This document shows positions 7,472 through 18,100 of a stretch of DNA of 64,000 bases, piece after piece (position 1 is the first letter of the stretch; the number at the start of each line of letters is the position of its first letter). This DNA is from Candidatus Latescibacterota bacterium (lineage in GTDB: Bacteria; Latescibacterota; UBA2968; UBA8231). The stretch lies in the NCBI GenBank assembly GCA_965243025.1, contig CBDETY010000003.1, forward strand, positions 4,416,001 to 4,480,000, read 5' to 3'. The position numbers and the translations under genes are program-made. Under the pieces are notes generated by a model. The model made no database searches and was not told the DNA's origin. It saw nothing but the letters and a program-made list of their open reading frames with translations.

Positions 7472-9478
7472 GTGGAGCGCGCTGTGCGTTCGGGGGCCAC
7501 GAGCGCGGTCATCCTCTGCCTTCTCGCCGGCGCCGGAGCCGCCAGGGAGCTGTTCGTGCTGCGCTGGACGCAGCCGTCCCAGCTGGCGGCCCTCGACACG
7601 GATCGGCTGGTCACCCGCTACATCGCCCCGGGCATCGCCGTGGTCGAGGCGGACTCGGCGGCGCTCCCGCATATCGCCGGGCTCGGCTTCGACATCGCCG
7701 CCTCCGGAACGGCCGGTGCCGGCGAAGCATGGTACCTCAGCGACCACCTGCACTACCCCCTGCCCCCGGGACAGGAGCTCCTCTACCTCGACCGCCGCGG
7801 CTGGGCGCTGTCGAAGATCGGGGAAGCCGACTTCCGCGGCGTTCACGACGAGCAGATCTTCCTCTACCCCTTGCCGGACCGGTTTGCGGTGGATGGATGG
7901 GTACCGGCCCCACGGCCCAAGCGGACTGCCCCTGCGGCCGCCGCCGGAGTCGAAGAGGCGATCGCCGAAGTCGACGTCGAGCGGCTCCGGGAAGACATCG
8001 AGCGCCTGTCGCTGATCGACCCTTCCCAGGGCAGCGTCGAGGGGAACCTCCACACCCGCTTCGCGCGCCGCCCCGAGACCTTCGAGTCGACCCGCTACAT
8101 CCGCGAGCAGCTCGCCGCCGTCCTCGGGGACGACGCCGTGCGCCTGCAGGAGTTCACGATCTCCGAGGGGGACAGCGTCATGTACAACGTCATCGGCGAC
8201 CTGTCCGGCGCCGACCCGGAGGCGGGGTACTACATCGTCTGCGCCCACTACGACGCCATCGGCACGCGTTCGCGCGACTGGGACTGGCGCACCGATCCGG
8301 CTCCCGGGGCCGACGACAACGCGACCGGCGTCGCCCTCGTCATCGAGTCGGCCCGGGTGCTCGCCGACCGGCAGTTCCCCTGGTCGATCCGCTTCATCGC
8401 CTGGTCCGGCGAGGAACTGGGGCTCTGGGGCAGCCGTCACTACGCCGCCGAGGCGCTTGCCGGGGACGAGCGCATCCTCGGGGTGCTCAACTTCGACATG
8501 ATCGGGTTCAACGATCTCCACGACCGCATCGAGCTGGTCTCCAATCCCGAGTCGCTCTGGCTCGTCGACCTGATGCGCTCGGCCAACGAGCGCTACGGCA
8601 TCGGCCTGCGCGTCGACCTGCTCGAGGACCGCTACGCCGGCCTCAGCGATCACGCTCCTTTCTGGGCGCGCGGGTACGACGCCATCCTCGGGATCGAGAA
8701 TTACCTGCCGACGGACTCGACGACCGCCGGGGTGCGCGGCGGCCTCTACCGTCTGAACACGCAGTACCACACCGTCCGCGACGTGCCGGACAGCGTCAAC
8801 TGGGAACTCGTAGCCGGCGTCACCCGTCTCACCGTGGCCACCCTGGCCCAGTTCGGGACCGGCGACAGCCTCCCGAACCTGATGGTTGCCGGCGGCGACC
8901 TGAAAGGGGACGCGGAAGACAACCTCCGGGTCCGCGTCGCCAACGTCGGCACGGCGCCGCTGGAGGGGGCCTTTCACCTCCGCGTATCCCGGTGCGCCGC
9001 CGATTCCACCGGCTGCCGGGTCGTTTTCGACGAACGGCGGCCGGGACCGCTCGCCGCCGGGGCCGTCGACGACGTCACCTTTCCCTGGCACCGCTTCGGC
9101 GAGATGGTGTTTCTCGTCGAGGTCGACCCGGAGGGGGAAATCGAGGAAGCGAGCGAGAGCGACAACAGGGCATTCCAGAACGTGCGCCTGATTCCCGCCG
9201 ACCGCATCGTCGTCTACCCGAACCCGTTCGCCCCGCAACAGGACCAGTACCTCGCTTTCAGCGGGGTGCCGCTGTTCGCGCGCGTGCAGATCGCCTCTCT
9301 CGACGGCGAGCTGCTCTGGACCGGGCGCGAAGAGGCCCAGAACGACCTCAGCAACGAGATCCGCTGGCGAGGCGTCAACGAAGCGGGGTTCATCGTCGGC
9401 AGCGGCGTCTACATCTACTCCATCCGCGACGAGGACGGCGAGCTGCTGCGCCGCGACAAGATCGCCGTCCTGCGCTGA
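7472..9478 (+). CDS. Secreted M28 family peptidase with CARDB-like and C-terminal FlgD-Ig-like domains (start uncertain, 7379-7484)
   Basis: Motifs CAHYD, APGADDNATG, GEELGLWGS, NFDMIG, SDHAPFW, YHT; CARDB-like VDPEGEIEEASESDN; tail VYPNPF...WRGVNEAG..VGSGVYIY. Confidence 0.88.
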   Translation: MERAVRSGATSAVILCLLAGAGAARELFVLRWTQPSQLAALDTDRLVTRYIAPGIAVVEADSAALPHIAGLGFDIAASGTAGAGEAWYLSDHLHYPLPPGQELLYLDRRGWALSKIGEADFRGVHDEQIFLYPLPDRFAVDGWVPAPRPKRTAPAAAAGVEEAIAEVDVERLREDIERLSLIDPSQGSVEGNLHTRFARRPETFESTRYIREQLAAVLGDDAVRLQEFTISEGDSVMYNVIGDLSGADPEAGYYIVCAHYDAIGTRSRDWDWRTDPAPGADDNATGVALVIESARVLADRQFPWSIRFIAWSGEELGLWGSRHYAAEALAGDERILGVLNFDMIGFNDLHDRIELVSNPESLWLVDLMRSANERYGIGLRVDLLEDRYAGLSDHAPFWARGYDAILGIENYLPTDSTTAGVRGGLYRLNTQYHTVRDVPDSVNWELVAGVTRLTVATLAQFGTGDSLPNLMVAGGDLKGDAEDNLRVRVANVGTAPLEGAFHLRVSRCAADSTGCRVVFDERRPGPLAAGAVDDVTFPWHRFGEMVFLVEVDPEGEIEEASESDNRAFQNVRLIPADRIVVYPNPFAPQQDQYLAFSGVPLFARVQIASLDGELLWTGREEAQNDLSNEIRWRGVNEAGFIVGSGVYIYSIRDEDGELLRRDKIAVLR

Positions 9479-9500
9479 GCCGCCTGCCGAACTCCTGAAG

Positions 9501-11297
9501 TTGCGCCTTCTCTTTCCGCTGTCGATCGCCGCCCTCATCGCCGCTCCAGCCGCGGCCCCGGCGAATCCCCTCATTGCGGCCGCCCGCGAATCCGGCCTCC
9601 TCGATACCGAGACCGCCCTGCTCTACGAGCTCTACGAGGCCCTGGAGCCGGAGTCCCTTCCGCCGGAGTACCGCGATGAGAACCCCGGGCTCCGAGGCTG
9701 CGCCACCCCCCTGATCCTCGAGGCTCTGAAGGCCCGCGACGGGGGGAGCCACGAGTACGGCAGCGCCCTCGCCAAGGCCCTTGCCCGTCCCTCCCTTTCG
9801 CACCAGGTGCTGAGCCCGTCCGGGCGCTTCCGCATCCACTACGACGTCGAGGGGGAGCACGCCGTCGACCCCGCCGACGCGGACGGCAACGCCATCCCCG
9901 ACTACGTCGACGTGACCGCCGCCGTCATCGACAGCATGTGGCACCTCGAAATCGAGGTCCTCGGCTACGACCCGCCGCCGACGGACGGGGTCAGGGGAGG
10001 CGGAGACGAGCACGACATCTACATCGAGCAGATCCTCGGCGGCTACTACGGGTGGACCCAGCCCGAGGAAAGCGGCCCGAGGGGGCACTCCTACCTGCGC
10101 ATCGACAACAACTTCACCGAGCCGATATTCGGCCGCCCCAGCAGCTGCGACGGGGCCCGCGGCGCGCGCGAGCTGACCGCCCTGCGGGTCACCCTCGCGC
10201 ACGAGTTCTTCCACATGGTCCAGTTCGGCTACTACCAGGGGAGCGAGGGTTTCTGGTGGCAGGAGTCGTCGGCCACCTGGATGGAGGAGGTCGCCTACCC
10301 CGAGGCGGACGACTACCTGCAGTACCTGTGCGATTTCATCCGGTCGCCGGAGAGGTCGCTCGAGAGCCCGACCCCGGGCAGGCGCGTATACGGCTCGGCG
10401 ATCTTCTCCCACTTCCTCGACCAGCGCTACGGCCGCGAGGTGGTGCGGGAGATCTGGGAGGAGCACCGGGGCCGGGAAAACGTCTCCCTGAACAACTTCC
10501 ACCGCGTTCTCCAGCGCTTCGGCGACCGCGAACCCGGCGAGTCAGACCTCGGGGACTTCGGTCTCGGCGAGGCCGTCAACGAGTTCGCTACCTGGAACTA
10601 CTTCACCGGAGAGCGGCACCGGGAGGGGTTCTACGAGGAGGGCCACAAGTACCCGGCCATCGAGGTGAGTCCGCGCGAGGTCGGCAGAGAAACCCTGGAG
10701 GACAGCGGCCGCGTCGATCACCTCGCCAGCGCCTACCTGGCGCTGGAACCCCTCGATGAGGGAGGAGTTTCCATCTCCACCGATCTCGAAGGCCTGCGCT
10801 GGCGGCGCCGGCTGGCGCTGGTGTCGCCCGACAGCGTGGAGGTGCGGACGCTCGTCATCGGCAATCCTGTCGAGGAGGTGTTCGACTGGCATTTCTACAG
10901 TGCCGTCGTGCTCGTCGTCAGCAACACCTCCTTCACCGGAATCGGCTTCCCCTGGAGGGTATCGGCCGAGTACGGATCCGGCATGACCGGTGGGCGGCTG
11001 CCGGACGAGGTCGTCCTGGGAAACTGGTTTCCCAACCCCTTCCTCCCCGGCCGGATGCACTCGCAAACCCGGATCCGGTACATGCTCGACAGCGCCGGTT
11101 CCGGGGAGCTGGCGATCTTCAGTGCCGACGGGAGGCCGGTGCGCCGTCTCGACATGGAGAAGCGCCTGGCGCGGGAGTACGAGGTTGTGTGGGACGGCCG
11201 CAACGAAGCCGGTAACCTGGTCGGCTCGGGCCTCTACTACTACGTGCTCGACGCCGATGGAGGGAAACGCCGCGGCACCCTGGCGGTGGTGAGGTAG
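9501..11297 (+). CDS. Secreted zincin metalloprotease (MXAN_6640-like) with C-terminal FlgD-Ig-like domain
   Basis: Signal peptide; FRIHY, DADGNAIPDYVD, AHEFFHMVQFGY (HExxH), WWQESSATWME; tail FPNPF...WDGRNEAG..VGSGLYYY. Confidence 0.85.
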   Translation: MRLLFPLSIAALIAAPAAAPANPLIAAARESGLLDTETALLYELYEALEPESLPPEYRDENPGLRGCATPLILEALKARDGGSHEYGSALAKALARPSLSHQVLSPSGRFRIHYDVEGEHAVDPADADGNAIPDYVDVTAAVIDSMWHLEIEVLGYDPPPTDGVRGGGDEHDIYIEQILGGYYGWTQPEESGPRGHSYLRIDNNFTEPIFGRPSSCDGARGARELTALRVTLAHEFFHMVQFGYYQGSEGFWWQESSATWMEEVAYPEADDYLQYLCDFIRSPERSLESPTPGRRVYGSAIFSHFLDQRYGREVVREIWEEHRGRENVSLNNFHRVLQRFGDREPGESDLGDFGLGEAVNEFATWNYFTGERHREGFYEEGHKYPAIEVSPREVGRETLEDSGRVDHLASAYLALEPLDEGGVSISTDLEGLRWRRRLALVSPDSVEVRTLVIGNPVEEVFDWHFYSAVVLVVSNTSFTGIGFPWRVSAEYGSGMTGGRLPDEVVLGNWFPNPFLPGRMHSQTRIRYMLDSAGSGELAIFSADGRPVRRLDMEKRLAREYEVVWDGRNEAGNLVGSGLYYYVLDADGGKRRGTLAVVR

Positions 11298-11301
11298 CAG
11301 T

Positions 11302-12690
11302 CTACCGCTTCGGCGGCGGTCGGCTTTCGGCCATCCTCGAGGCCACCAGCCTGTCCTGTTCCCGCCGCAGCTTCAGGATCGACGACCGCTCGTTCAGTAG
11401 AACGTCGTCGTAAGAGATCGGCTCACCCGCGGCGACGCCCCGCGTCAGCTCGATCCCGCTGGCCAGACCGAGGGGAAGCAGCCTTTCGCGGCGCGCCGCC
11501 CCGGCCTTCTCGGTAACCCCGTTGACGGTGAACCCGCCGCCGCCGTCCAGCCTCTCCCCTTGCCTCAGGCCGCGCTTGGCCACGGCGATCACCTCGGCGG
11601 CCGGCACCTCGCGCGGCGCCCCGGTCGGCTTGCCGTAGAGGACGGCCGCGGCGATCGACATCGGCGCTTCCACCGCCACCAGGTGGTAGGGCCGGTAGAG
11701 CAGGAAGTTGCCGTCCCCGCCGGGCAGGCAGTCGTAGGCGGCCAGATCCTCGCGGATGAAGGGGTGGTCGGCCCGGATCACGGCGAACACCCCCATCAGC
11801 AGCGGGTTCGGCAGCATGGCGACGCCGTCGGCGGCGACGCTGTTGGCGAGCTCGACGACCCCGTGCCGGTGCAGCAGCCCGCCTTCCTCCTTCAGGCTGA
11901 ACAGGCGCGGGATGTCGGCGAGGTTGCAGGAGGGCTCGTGCATGCCGCGCACGTCCGGGGGCATTCCGGTCATGTTGGCCAGCGCCGTCATCTCGAGCTG
12001 CGCCTTGGTGCCGTCCCGGAACGAGTTGTACATCTTGAGGTTGATGTGGCGCCGCGACAGGGTCTCCTCGTCGAACCGGAATCGTTCCGCGGTCGAATCG
12101 GGGGTCCCCTCGCGGTCCCCCTTCCGGTAGATCGTCCCCCTGCCGGCCGCGACGATCTCGAAGCCGAGGGTGCGCGCCCACTCCAACAGGTGCATGATAC
12201 ACCCGGGCTGGTCGCCGTCGACCAGGGTGTACACCACCCCGGCCTCGTCCGCCCTCGCCTTGAGCAGGGTTCCGATGGTCACGTCGGTCTCGATGTTGAC
12301 CATCACGAGGTGCTTGCCGCCGTCGATGGCCGCGGCGGCGTTGGCCGCCCCTGCCTCGGGAATCCCGGTCGCCTCGACCACGACGTCGATCGAGGCGGCG
12401 CCGGTTATCAGCGATGCGTCTTCGGCGACCACCGGACGGCCCCGGCGAACCGCATCGTCGACCTGGTCGGCTGCCCGCGCCTCGGCGACCGCAGCGGCTT
12501 CGGTTCCGCAAGTAGCGTAGGCGTCCCGCGCCTGCTCCGGGCGCAGGTCGGCGACCGCGGCCGCCCTCATCCCGGGAACCTTGGACAGCTGCACCACGAG
12601 GCCGCTGCCGAACTTGCCGGCGCCGATGACGCCGACGCGGATCGGGTTCCCCTCCGCTTCCCGCTGTGCGAGCAGTTCGCTGAACATCAC
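11302..12690 (-). CDS. Homoserine dehydrogenase-like NAD(P)-dependent oxidoreductase with C-terminal SAF domain
   Basis: Motifs VGVIGAGKFG, VVEATG, GDQPG, DGTK..EM..LAN, LYRPYHL, AKRGLRQGERLDGGGGFTV. Confidence 0.88.
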   Translation of the reverse strand: MMFSELLAQREAEGNPIRVGVIGAGKFGSGLVVQLSKVPGMRAAAVADLRPEQARDAYATCGTEAAAVAEARAADQVDDAVRRGRPVVAEDASLITGAASIDVVVEATGIPEAGAANAAAAIDGGKHLVMVNIETDVTIGTLLKARADEAGVVYTLVDGDQPGCIMHLLEWARTLGFEIVAAGRGTIYRKGDREGTPDSTAERFRFDEETLSRRHINLKMYNSFRDGTKAQLEMTALANMTGMPPDVRGMHEPSCNLADIPRLFSLKEEGGLLHRHGVVELANSVAADGVAMLPNPLLMGVFAVIRADHPFIREDLAAYDCLPGGDGNFLLYRPYHLVAVEAPMSIAAAVLYGKPTGAPREVPAAEVIAVAKRGLRQGERLDGGGGFTVNGVTEKAGAARRERLLPLGLASGIELTRGVAAGEPISYDDVLLNERSSILKLRREQDRLVASRMAESRPPPKR

Positions 12691-12838
12691 TGTCCTCCTG
12701 TTACTCCAGGTTATCGAACGTCACCATCCGCACACGTCCGGAGCCCGGTTTTGGAAAGGGTTTCTCCCTGGTGGCGGCGGCACCGCTTTTGCAGCGAATG
12801 CCCTTGCGTATATTCCACCCGATACCGCAGGGATTCCC

Positions 12839-13210
12839 ATGTCCGAGCAGACCGCCGAACTCACGACCCGCGACGTGCTTCTCCAGATCGACCGCCGACT
12901 GGAGCTGAGCGAGGGAGACGTGCGGCGCGTCGATGCCAAAATTGATGATGTCGAGGCCAGACTCACCGCCAGAATCGACGAGGTCGAGCACAGACTCACC
13001 GCCAGAATCGATGAGGTCGAGCACAGACTCACCGCCAGAATCGATGAGGTCGACAACAGGCTCAACGCGAGAATCGACGGACTCGAGGCGAAGATCGACT
13101 TGAAAATCGAGCTGCTCCGGAAAGAGACGAACACCCGCTTCTACTGGCTGATCGGCCTGATGTTCGCAACCTGGGTGTCGACCATGGGAACGATCCTGAT
13201 CAGGACCTGA
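12839..13210 (+). CDS. Small membrane-anchored coiled-coil protein with 11-aa repeats (DUF1640/CCDC90/Bdr-like)
   Basis: MSEQTAELTT..., repeats of RLTARIDEVEH, C-terminal hydrophobic anchor FYWLIGLMFATWVSTMGTILI. Confidence 0.75.
   Translation: MSEQTAELTTRDVLLQIDRRLELSEGDVRRVDAKIDDVEARLTARIDEVEHRLTARIDEVEHRLTARIDEVDNRLNARIDGLEAKIDLKIELLRKETNTRFYWLIGLMFATWVSTMGTILIRT
12958..13079 (+). repeat. 33-bp in-frame coding tandem repeat (about 3.7 copies)
   Basis: CAGACTCACCGCCAGAATCGA at 12958, 12991 and 13024; degenerate copy at 13057. Confidence 0.9.
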
Positions 13211-13277
13211 GCAAGCTCACTTTGTCGCCGCACCGGAGTTTCCCCGAGCCGACCTGCGGTTCCGTCATCTCACCCTC

Positions 13278-14819
13278 CTACATCTGCCCGCCAACGGTGT
13301 CGAACGGCTCGACGTAATCGATCCGCAACTCCACCGACTGCAGCACCCGCTCCGACTCCAGCGGGGCAAAGCGTCGCTTCAGCACCACCTCCAGCTCGTT
13401 GAGCCCCTCCTGCACGAGGGCGCCCGGCAGGTCGAAGCTGAACCAGTAGTGGGTGTCGATGCGCTCCGGCAGGCCGCCGCGGGCGGCCCCGTACGACACG
13501 AGGCCGCCGTAGAAATGGCTGGTCCGCGCCGGCGATATCTCCGCTCCGTTGAAAGTGAACCCCAGCTCGTCCTCGGGGCAGTACTGAAGGATGCGCACCT
13601 GCAGCTCGACGCGGTCGATCTCGCCGTCCGCTTCCGCCTCCCGCAGTCGGTCGCCGACCAGGAACGGCACCGCAACCTTCGCACCCTCTTTCAGCTCCCT
13701 GGGCAGGTGTCGTTCCGGGGCGAACTCGTCCGGCTCCGCATCCCGCACCGGCACCAGGTACAGCTTGCTCTTGCGCGCGTAGATGTCGGCATCCCCTAGC
13801 TCGCGCAGGGCCCGGTAGCTGTCGCTGTCGTGCGGCCACCGCAGGTCGGACAGGTACGCCCCGTCCGCTCCCATGGCGTGGAAATTGGCCGCGGCCGCCC
13901 GCCGCATCTCGATGGTCAGCGACTTGTGGCGGTCGTCGTACGGCTCGCGGCCGAGCGGCACGTACACCCAGGTCCCGGCCTCGCCGGCCGCGTCGAGCAG
14001 CCAGCGGATGTCCATTTCCGGGCAGAACAGCTGCCCCGGCGGCGTGGGGACGACAAGGTCGACCAGCCCCTCGCGCATCCAGGCGCCCACGTCCATGCCG
14101 ATGCCGAGGTTCTGCTCCTCGGCGGGGTATACCCTCGAGGCGAGGCAGAGCCTCTCCCCCCGCTCCCGCCCGAGGCGGTCGAGCATGGCGCGCACCTCGC
14201 GCACGAACCCGGTCAGTATGCCGGCGTTCTCGCGGGCCCGCTCCGGCTGGAAGAAAACCCCGACGTAGGGATCCATCTCCAGGCCGCAGGGGCCGTAGGA
14301 CATGACCTCCTCGATGAGGCGCAGCCGCTCCTCGCGCACCTCGGCGCGGGCGTAATCCTCGCAGGTGGCCGCGCGCGGATGGCCGCCGCCAGCCTCCTCC
14401 CCGATCATCACCTCGGGATGCTCGCGCTTGAGGCGGCTCATCATGTAGAGGTTGGATTCCGTCGAGGCGTCGTTCATGCGCATGCTGCACAGCACCTGCA
14501 GCCCCTTCTCGCGCGCCCTGTCGACGACCACGCGCAGCACGTCGTTGCCGGCGGCGATCGCCTGCTTGGCGTTCTCGGCCGCCCGCCACCACATCACTCC
14601 GTGGTTGTGCCGGCCCTCGACGTCCCCCCACTGCACCCCCACCCGGGTGTCGTGGAAGAAGGTCTGCCCCGAGGCCAGGCCGTACGACAGGGTGTCGACC
14701 CCGGTGCCGAGCAGCTCGTCGACCGGCTGCCGCAGCTGGTGCAGGCTCATCGGCGGGTCGTAGCGGTAGAAGCTGTAGTGCCGCCCGTCGTTGTAGTAGA
14801 TCAGTTTCGGCTTCTTCAT
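13278..14819 (-). CDS. Glycoside hydrolase-like TIM-barrel protein (GHL10/DUF187-like), function unknown
   Basis: MKKPKLIYYNDGRH..., CSMRMND, DYARAEVRE, GLEMD, WMREGLVDLVV; host-like codon usage. Confidence 0.65.
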   Translation of the reverse strand: MKKPKLIYYNDGRHYSFYRYDPPMSLHQLRQPVDELLGTGVDTLSYGLASGQTFFHDTRVGVQWGDVEGRHNHGVMWWRAAENAKQAIAAGNDVLRVVVDRAREKGLQVLCSMRMNDASTESNLYMMSRLKREHPEVMIGEEAGGGHPRAATCEDYARAEVREERLRLIEEVMSYGPCGLEMDPYVGVFFQPERARENAGILTGFVREVRAMLDRLGRERGERLCLASRVYPAEEQNLGIGMDVGAWMREGLVDLVVPTPPGQLFCPEMDIRWLLDAAGEAGTWVYVPLGREPYDDRHKSLTIEMRRAAAANFHAMGADGAYLSDLRWPHDSDSYRALRELGDADIYARKSKLYLVPVRDAEPDEFAPERHLPRELKEGAKVAVPFLVGDRLREAEADGEIDRVELQVRILQYCPEDELGFTFNGAEISPARTSHFYGGLVSYGAARGGLPERIDTHYWFSFDLPGALVQEGLNELEVVLKRRFAPLESERVLQSVELRIDYVEPFDTVGGQM

Positions 14820-15004
14820 CGCGCCATTCCCGGTTAACCCCTGGGGACGACAGTCGGCGCCGTCATTCCAGTCAGCTGGACGACTGCTGTTCGGTGCGGG
14901 TTGAAATCGCGGGGCCCAAGCTAACGATTTGCGGCGGCCATGTCGCCCGGCTGGCGCGTCGATGCCCACCCCTCCGCGGACCGCTTTCGCCGGCCCGAAT
15001 TTGT

Positions 15005-15034
15005 TTGCCAGGATCCCGCGTCCAGTAGTATACT
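15005..15034 (+). promoter_or_regulatory. Putative sigma70 promoter for the helicase gene
   Basis: TTGCCA, 18 nt, TATACT upstream of ATG 15121. Confidence 0.4.
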
Positions 15035-15120
15035 TGCGGGCACCTGATCATTAGTGCAGCTCCCGGCCTCCCCTCCTGCCCCCCTCGGCCGGCAGCTTCA
15101 GCAGGAGTTGTCCGAATCCC

Positions 15121-18100
15121 ATGATTCGCAGGATCGATCCCTCGGAGTTACCCGAGGATCCGCCGGAAGACGGCCGCCTGTCCGAGCCGCCCTCCGCGCC
15201 GGAGCAGCGGACCCCCAAGGCCGGAAATCTGCGGGCCCGCATCGAGCAGATCCGCAAGCTCGCCGCCGCGGGCAGGCTCGATCCCGGCGACCTGCCGGCC
15301 TTTGACGCGGCAGCGGCTCCACCTGCAGGAGCGCCAAAGGGCGGCCCGGCCTACGCGCCTCCCCCGGCGCCGCCACCGCCGGCCGGCTACCCTGTCCGGT
15401 CCTCCTCCGAGGCGTCCGGCCCGGTCCCCATTGCCGACTACATCGACCAGCTCAAGCGCACCGTGGCCGGAGAGTCGATCGTCCACGAGCGCACCATCCC
15501 GCCGCAGCCGGAAGCCCACGCGGAACGGATCGATCACCTCGGTGCCGGAGTTGAGCGGGTCGTCGAAGCCGCCGGAGTCGGCCGCCTCTACAGCCACCAG
15601 GAAGAGGCGCTCCGCCACATCGGCGAGGGCCGCAACGTCGTCGTCGCCACTCCGACCGCCTCGGGCAAGTCGCTGATCTACAACGCCGCGGTGCTCTCGT
15701 CCCTGCTGGCCGACCCCGGCGGCCGCGCCCTCTACGTCTTCCCGCTCAAGGCGCTCGAGCAGGACCAGCACGCCGAACTGCAGTCGCTGCTCGCGGAGCT
15801 GAACCGCGGTTCCGGAGCGGAGCTGCGAGCCGGGATCTACGACGGCGACACCAAGCCCCACGAACGCCGCAAAATCAGGGAGAACCCGCCGCACATACTC
15901 ATAACCACCCCCGACATGCTGCACGGCGGCATCCTGGCGTTCCGCGAAGCCTGGGAAAGCTTCCTCGCCAATCTCCGCTTCGTCGTGCTCGACGAGCTGC
16001 ACGCCTACAGCGGCATCTTCGGCAGTCACGTCCTGCACGTGGTCCGGCGGCTCAACCGCATCTGCGCCGCCTGCGGCAGCGACCCGGGCTACATCGCCTG
16101 CTCGGCCACCATCGGCAATCCCGCCGAGTTCGCCGCCAGGCTCTGCAACCGCCAATTCACCGCGGTCACCGAAAGCGGGGCCCCAGCCGCGGCGCGGCAC
16201 TTCCTCTTCCTCAACCCCCCGGAAAGCCCCAACACCGCCGCCGCCCGCCTGTTGCAGCTCAGCGTGTCGCAGGGTTTCCGCTCCATCGTGTTCACGCGCG
16301 CCCGCGTCGTCACCGAGCTCATCTACCGCTGGGCAACGCAGGCGCGCCCCGACCTGCGCGACCGCATCAGCTCGTACCGCGCCGGGTACATGCCGGAGGA
16401 GCGCCGCGAGATCGAAGCCCGGCTGGTCTCCGGCGACCTGCTCGGCGTGGTCTCGACCTCGGCCCTGGAGCTCGGCATCGATATCGGGGGGCTCGACGTA
16501 TGCGTGCTCGTCGGCTACCCGGGGAGCATCGTCAACACCTGGCAGCGCGCCGGGCGCGTCGGGCGTTCCGGGCGCGAGTCGCTGGTGCTCCTCATCGCCG
16601 GCCGCGACGCCCTCGACCAGTTCTTCATGGCCCACCCGCGGCACCTCTTCCAGCGCCGGGTCGAGAACGCCGTAGCCGACCCCTCGAACCGCTACATCCT
16701 CCAGGACCACCTCGCCTGCGCGGCCCGCGAGCTGCCGCTTGCCGCCGACGAACCCGAGTACGCCATCGACGGCTACCGCGAAGCCCTCGACGAGCTCACC
16801 GCCGCGGGGACGCTGCTGCGCAGCGCCGAGGGCGACGCCTGGTTCGCGGCGCGCCGGCAGCCGCACCGCCTGGTGAGCATGCGCTCCATCGGCGAGTCCT
16901 GGAACATCGTGCACGGGCGGCGGACCATAGGCTCGGTGAGCGGCGGACAGCTCTACAGCGAGTGCTACGAGGGGGCCATCTACCTGCACCGCGGCCGCCA
17001 GTACCTGATCGGCGAGCGCAATCCCGCCAGACGGCAGATCGAGGCCGAGGCGGTCGACGTCCCCTGGTACACCCGGCCCAAGTACGAAAAGGAGACGGAG
17101 ATCATCGAAGAGCTGCGCGCCAGACCGATGCACGGGTACATGGCCAGGCTCGGCCGGCTGCTGGTCAGCTCACAGGTGATCGCCTGCGAGAAGGTGCGCG
17201 TCGGCGACCAGGCCATTCTCGGCCGCCACCCCCTCGAAAGCCCGGTCCAGCAGTTCGAGACCGTCGGCTTCTGGATCGAGATGGACGCCTCCTTCAAGAA
17301 GCAGCTCAAACGCCGCGGCTTTCACCACATGGGCTCCCTGCACGCCGTCGAGCACGCCGTGAAGTCGCTGTTCCCGTTGCTGGCGCTGAGCAAGCAGACC
17401 GACGTCGGCGGCATCTGCTACCCGCTGCACCCGCAGCTGGGAAAGGGCGCCGTCTTCATCTACGACCAGTACCCGGGGGGCATCGGCCTCGCCGAGACCG
17501 GGTACGACATGCTCGACCGCCTGTTCGAGCTCACCCTGGAAATGGTCGCCGGCTGCGACTGCGCCGAGGGCTGTCCCTCCTGCATCCACTTCCCCACCTG
17601 CGGCGCCGGCAACCACCCCCTCGACAAGGCGGGCTGCATCCACCTGCTCGAGATACTGACCGGCCGCCGCGGCCTCGACGAGGAATCGCTTGCGGTCGGC
17701 GCCATCGAGGAGGAGCCGCCGCTGTTCGCCGACTGGGAGCTCGGGAAGGATGGCGAAGAAGAGGAAGAACCGCTCGAGACGGACGGGAGCCCGCACGTCG
17801 TGGTGTTCGACCTCGAAACCCAGCTCAGCGCCGCCGAGGTGGGAGGCTGGAACAAGACCAGCCTGATGCGGGTGTCGTGCGGCATCGCCTGGGACAGCCG
17901 CGAGGACCGCTTCATCACCTACTTCGAGGACCGCATCGACGAGTTGATCGGCCTGCTTCAGAGAGCCGACCTCGTCGTCGGCTTCAACGTCATCGGCTTC
18001 GACTACAGCGTCCTGCGCGGCTACTCCCGCTGCGACTTCCGCGAGCTCAACACCCTCGACATCCTGCGCGAGGTGCACGCCCACCTCAACTACCGCGTCA

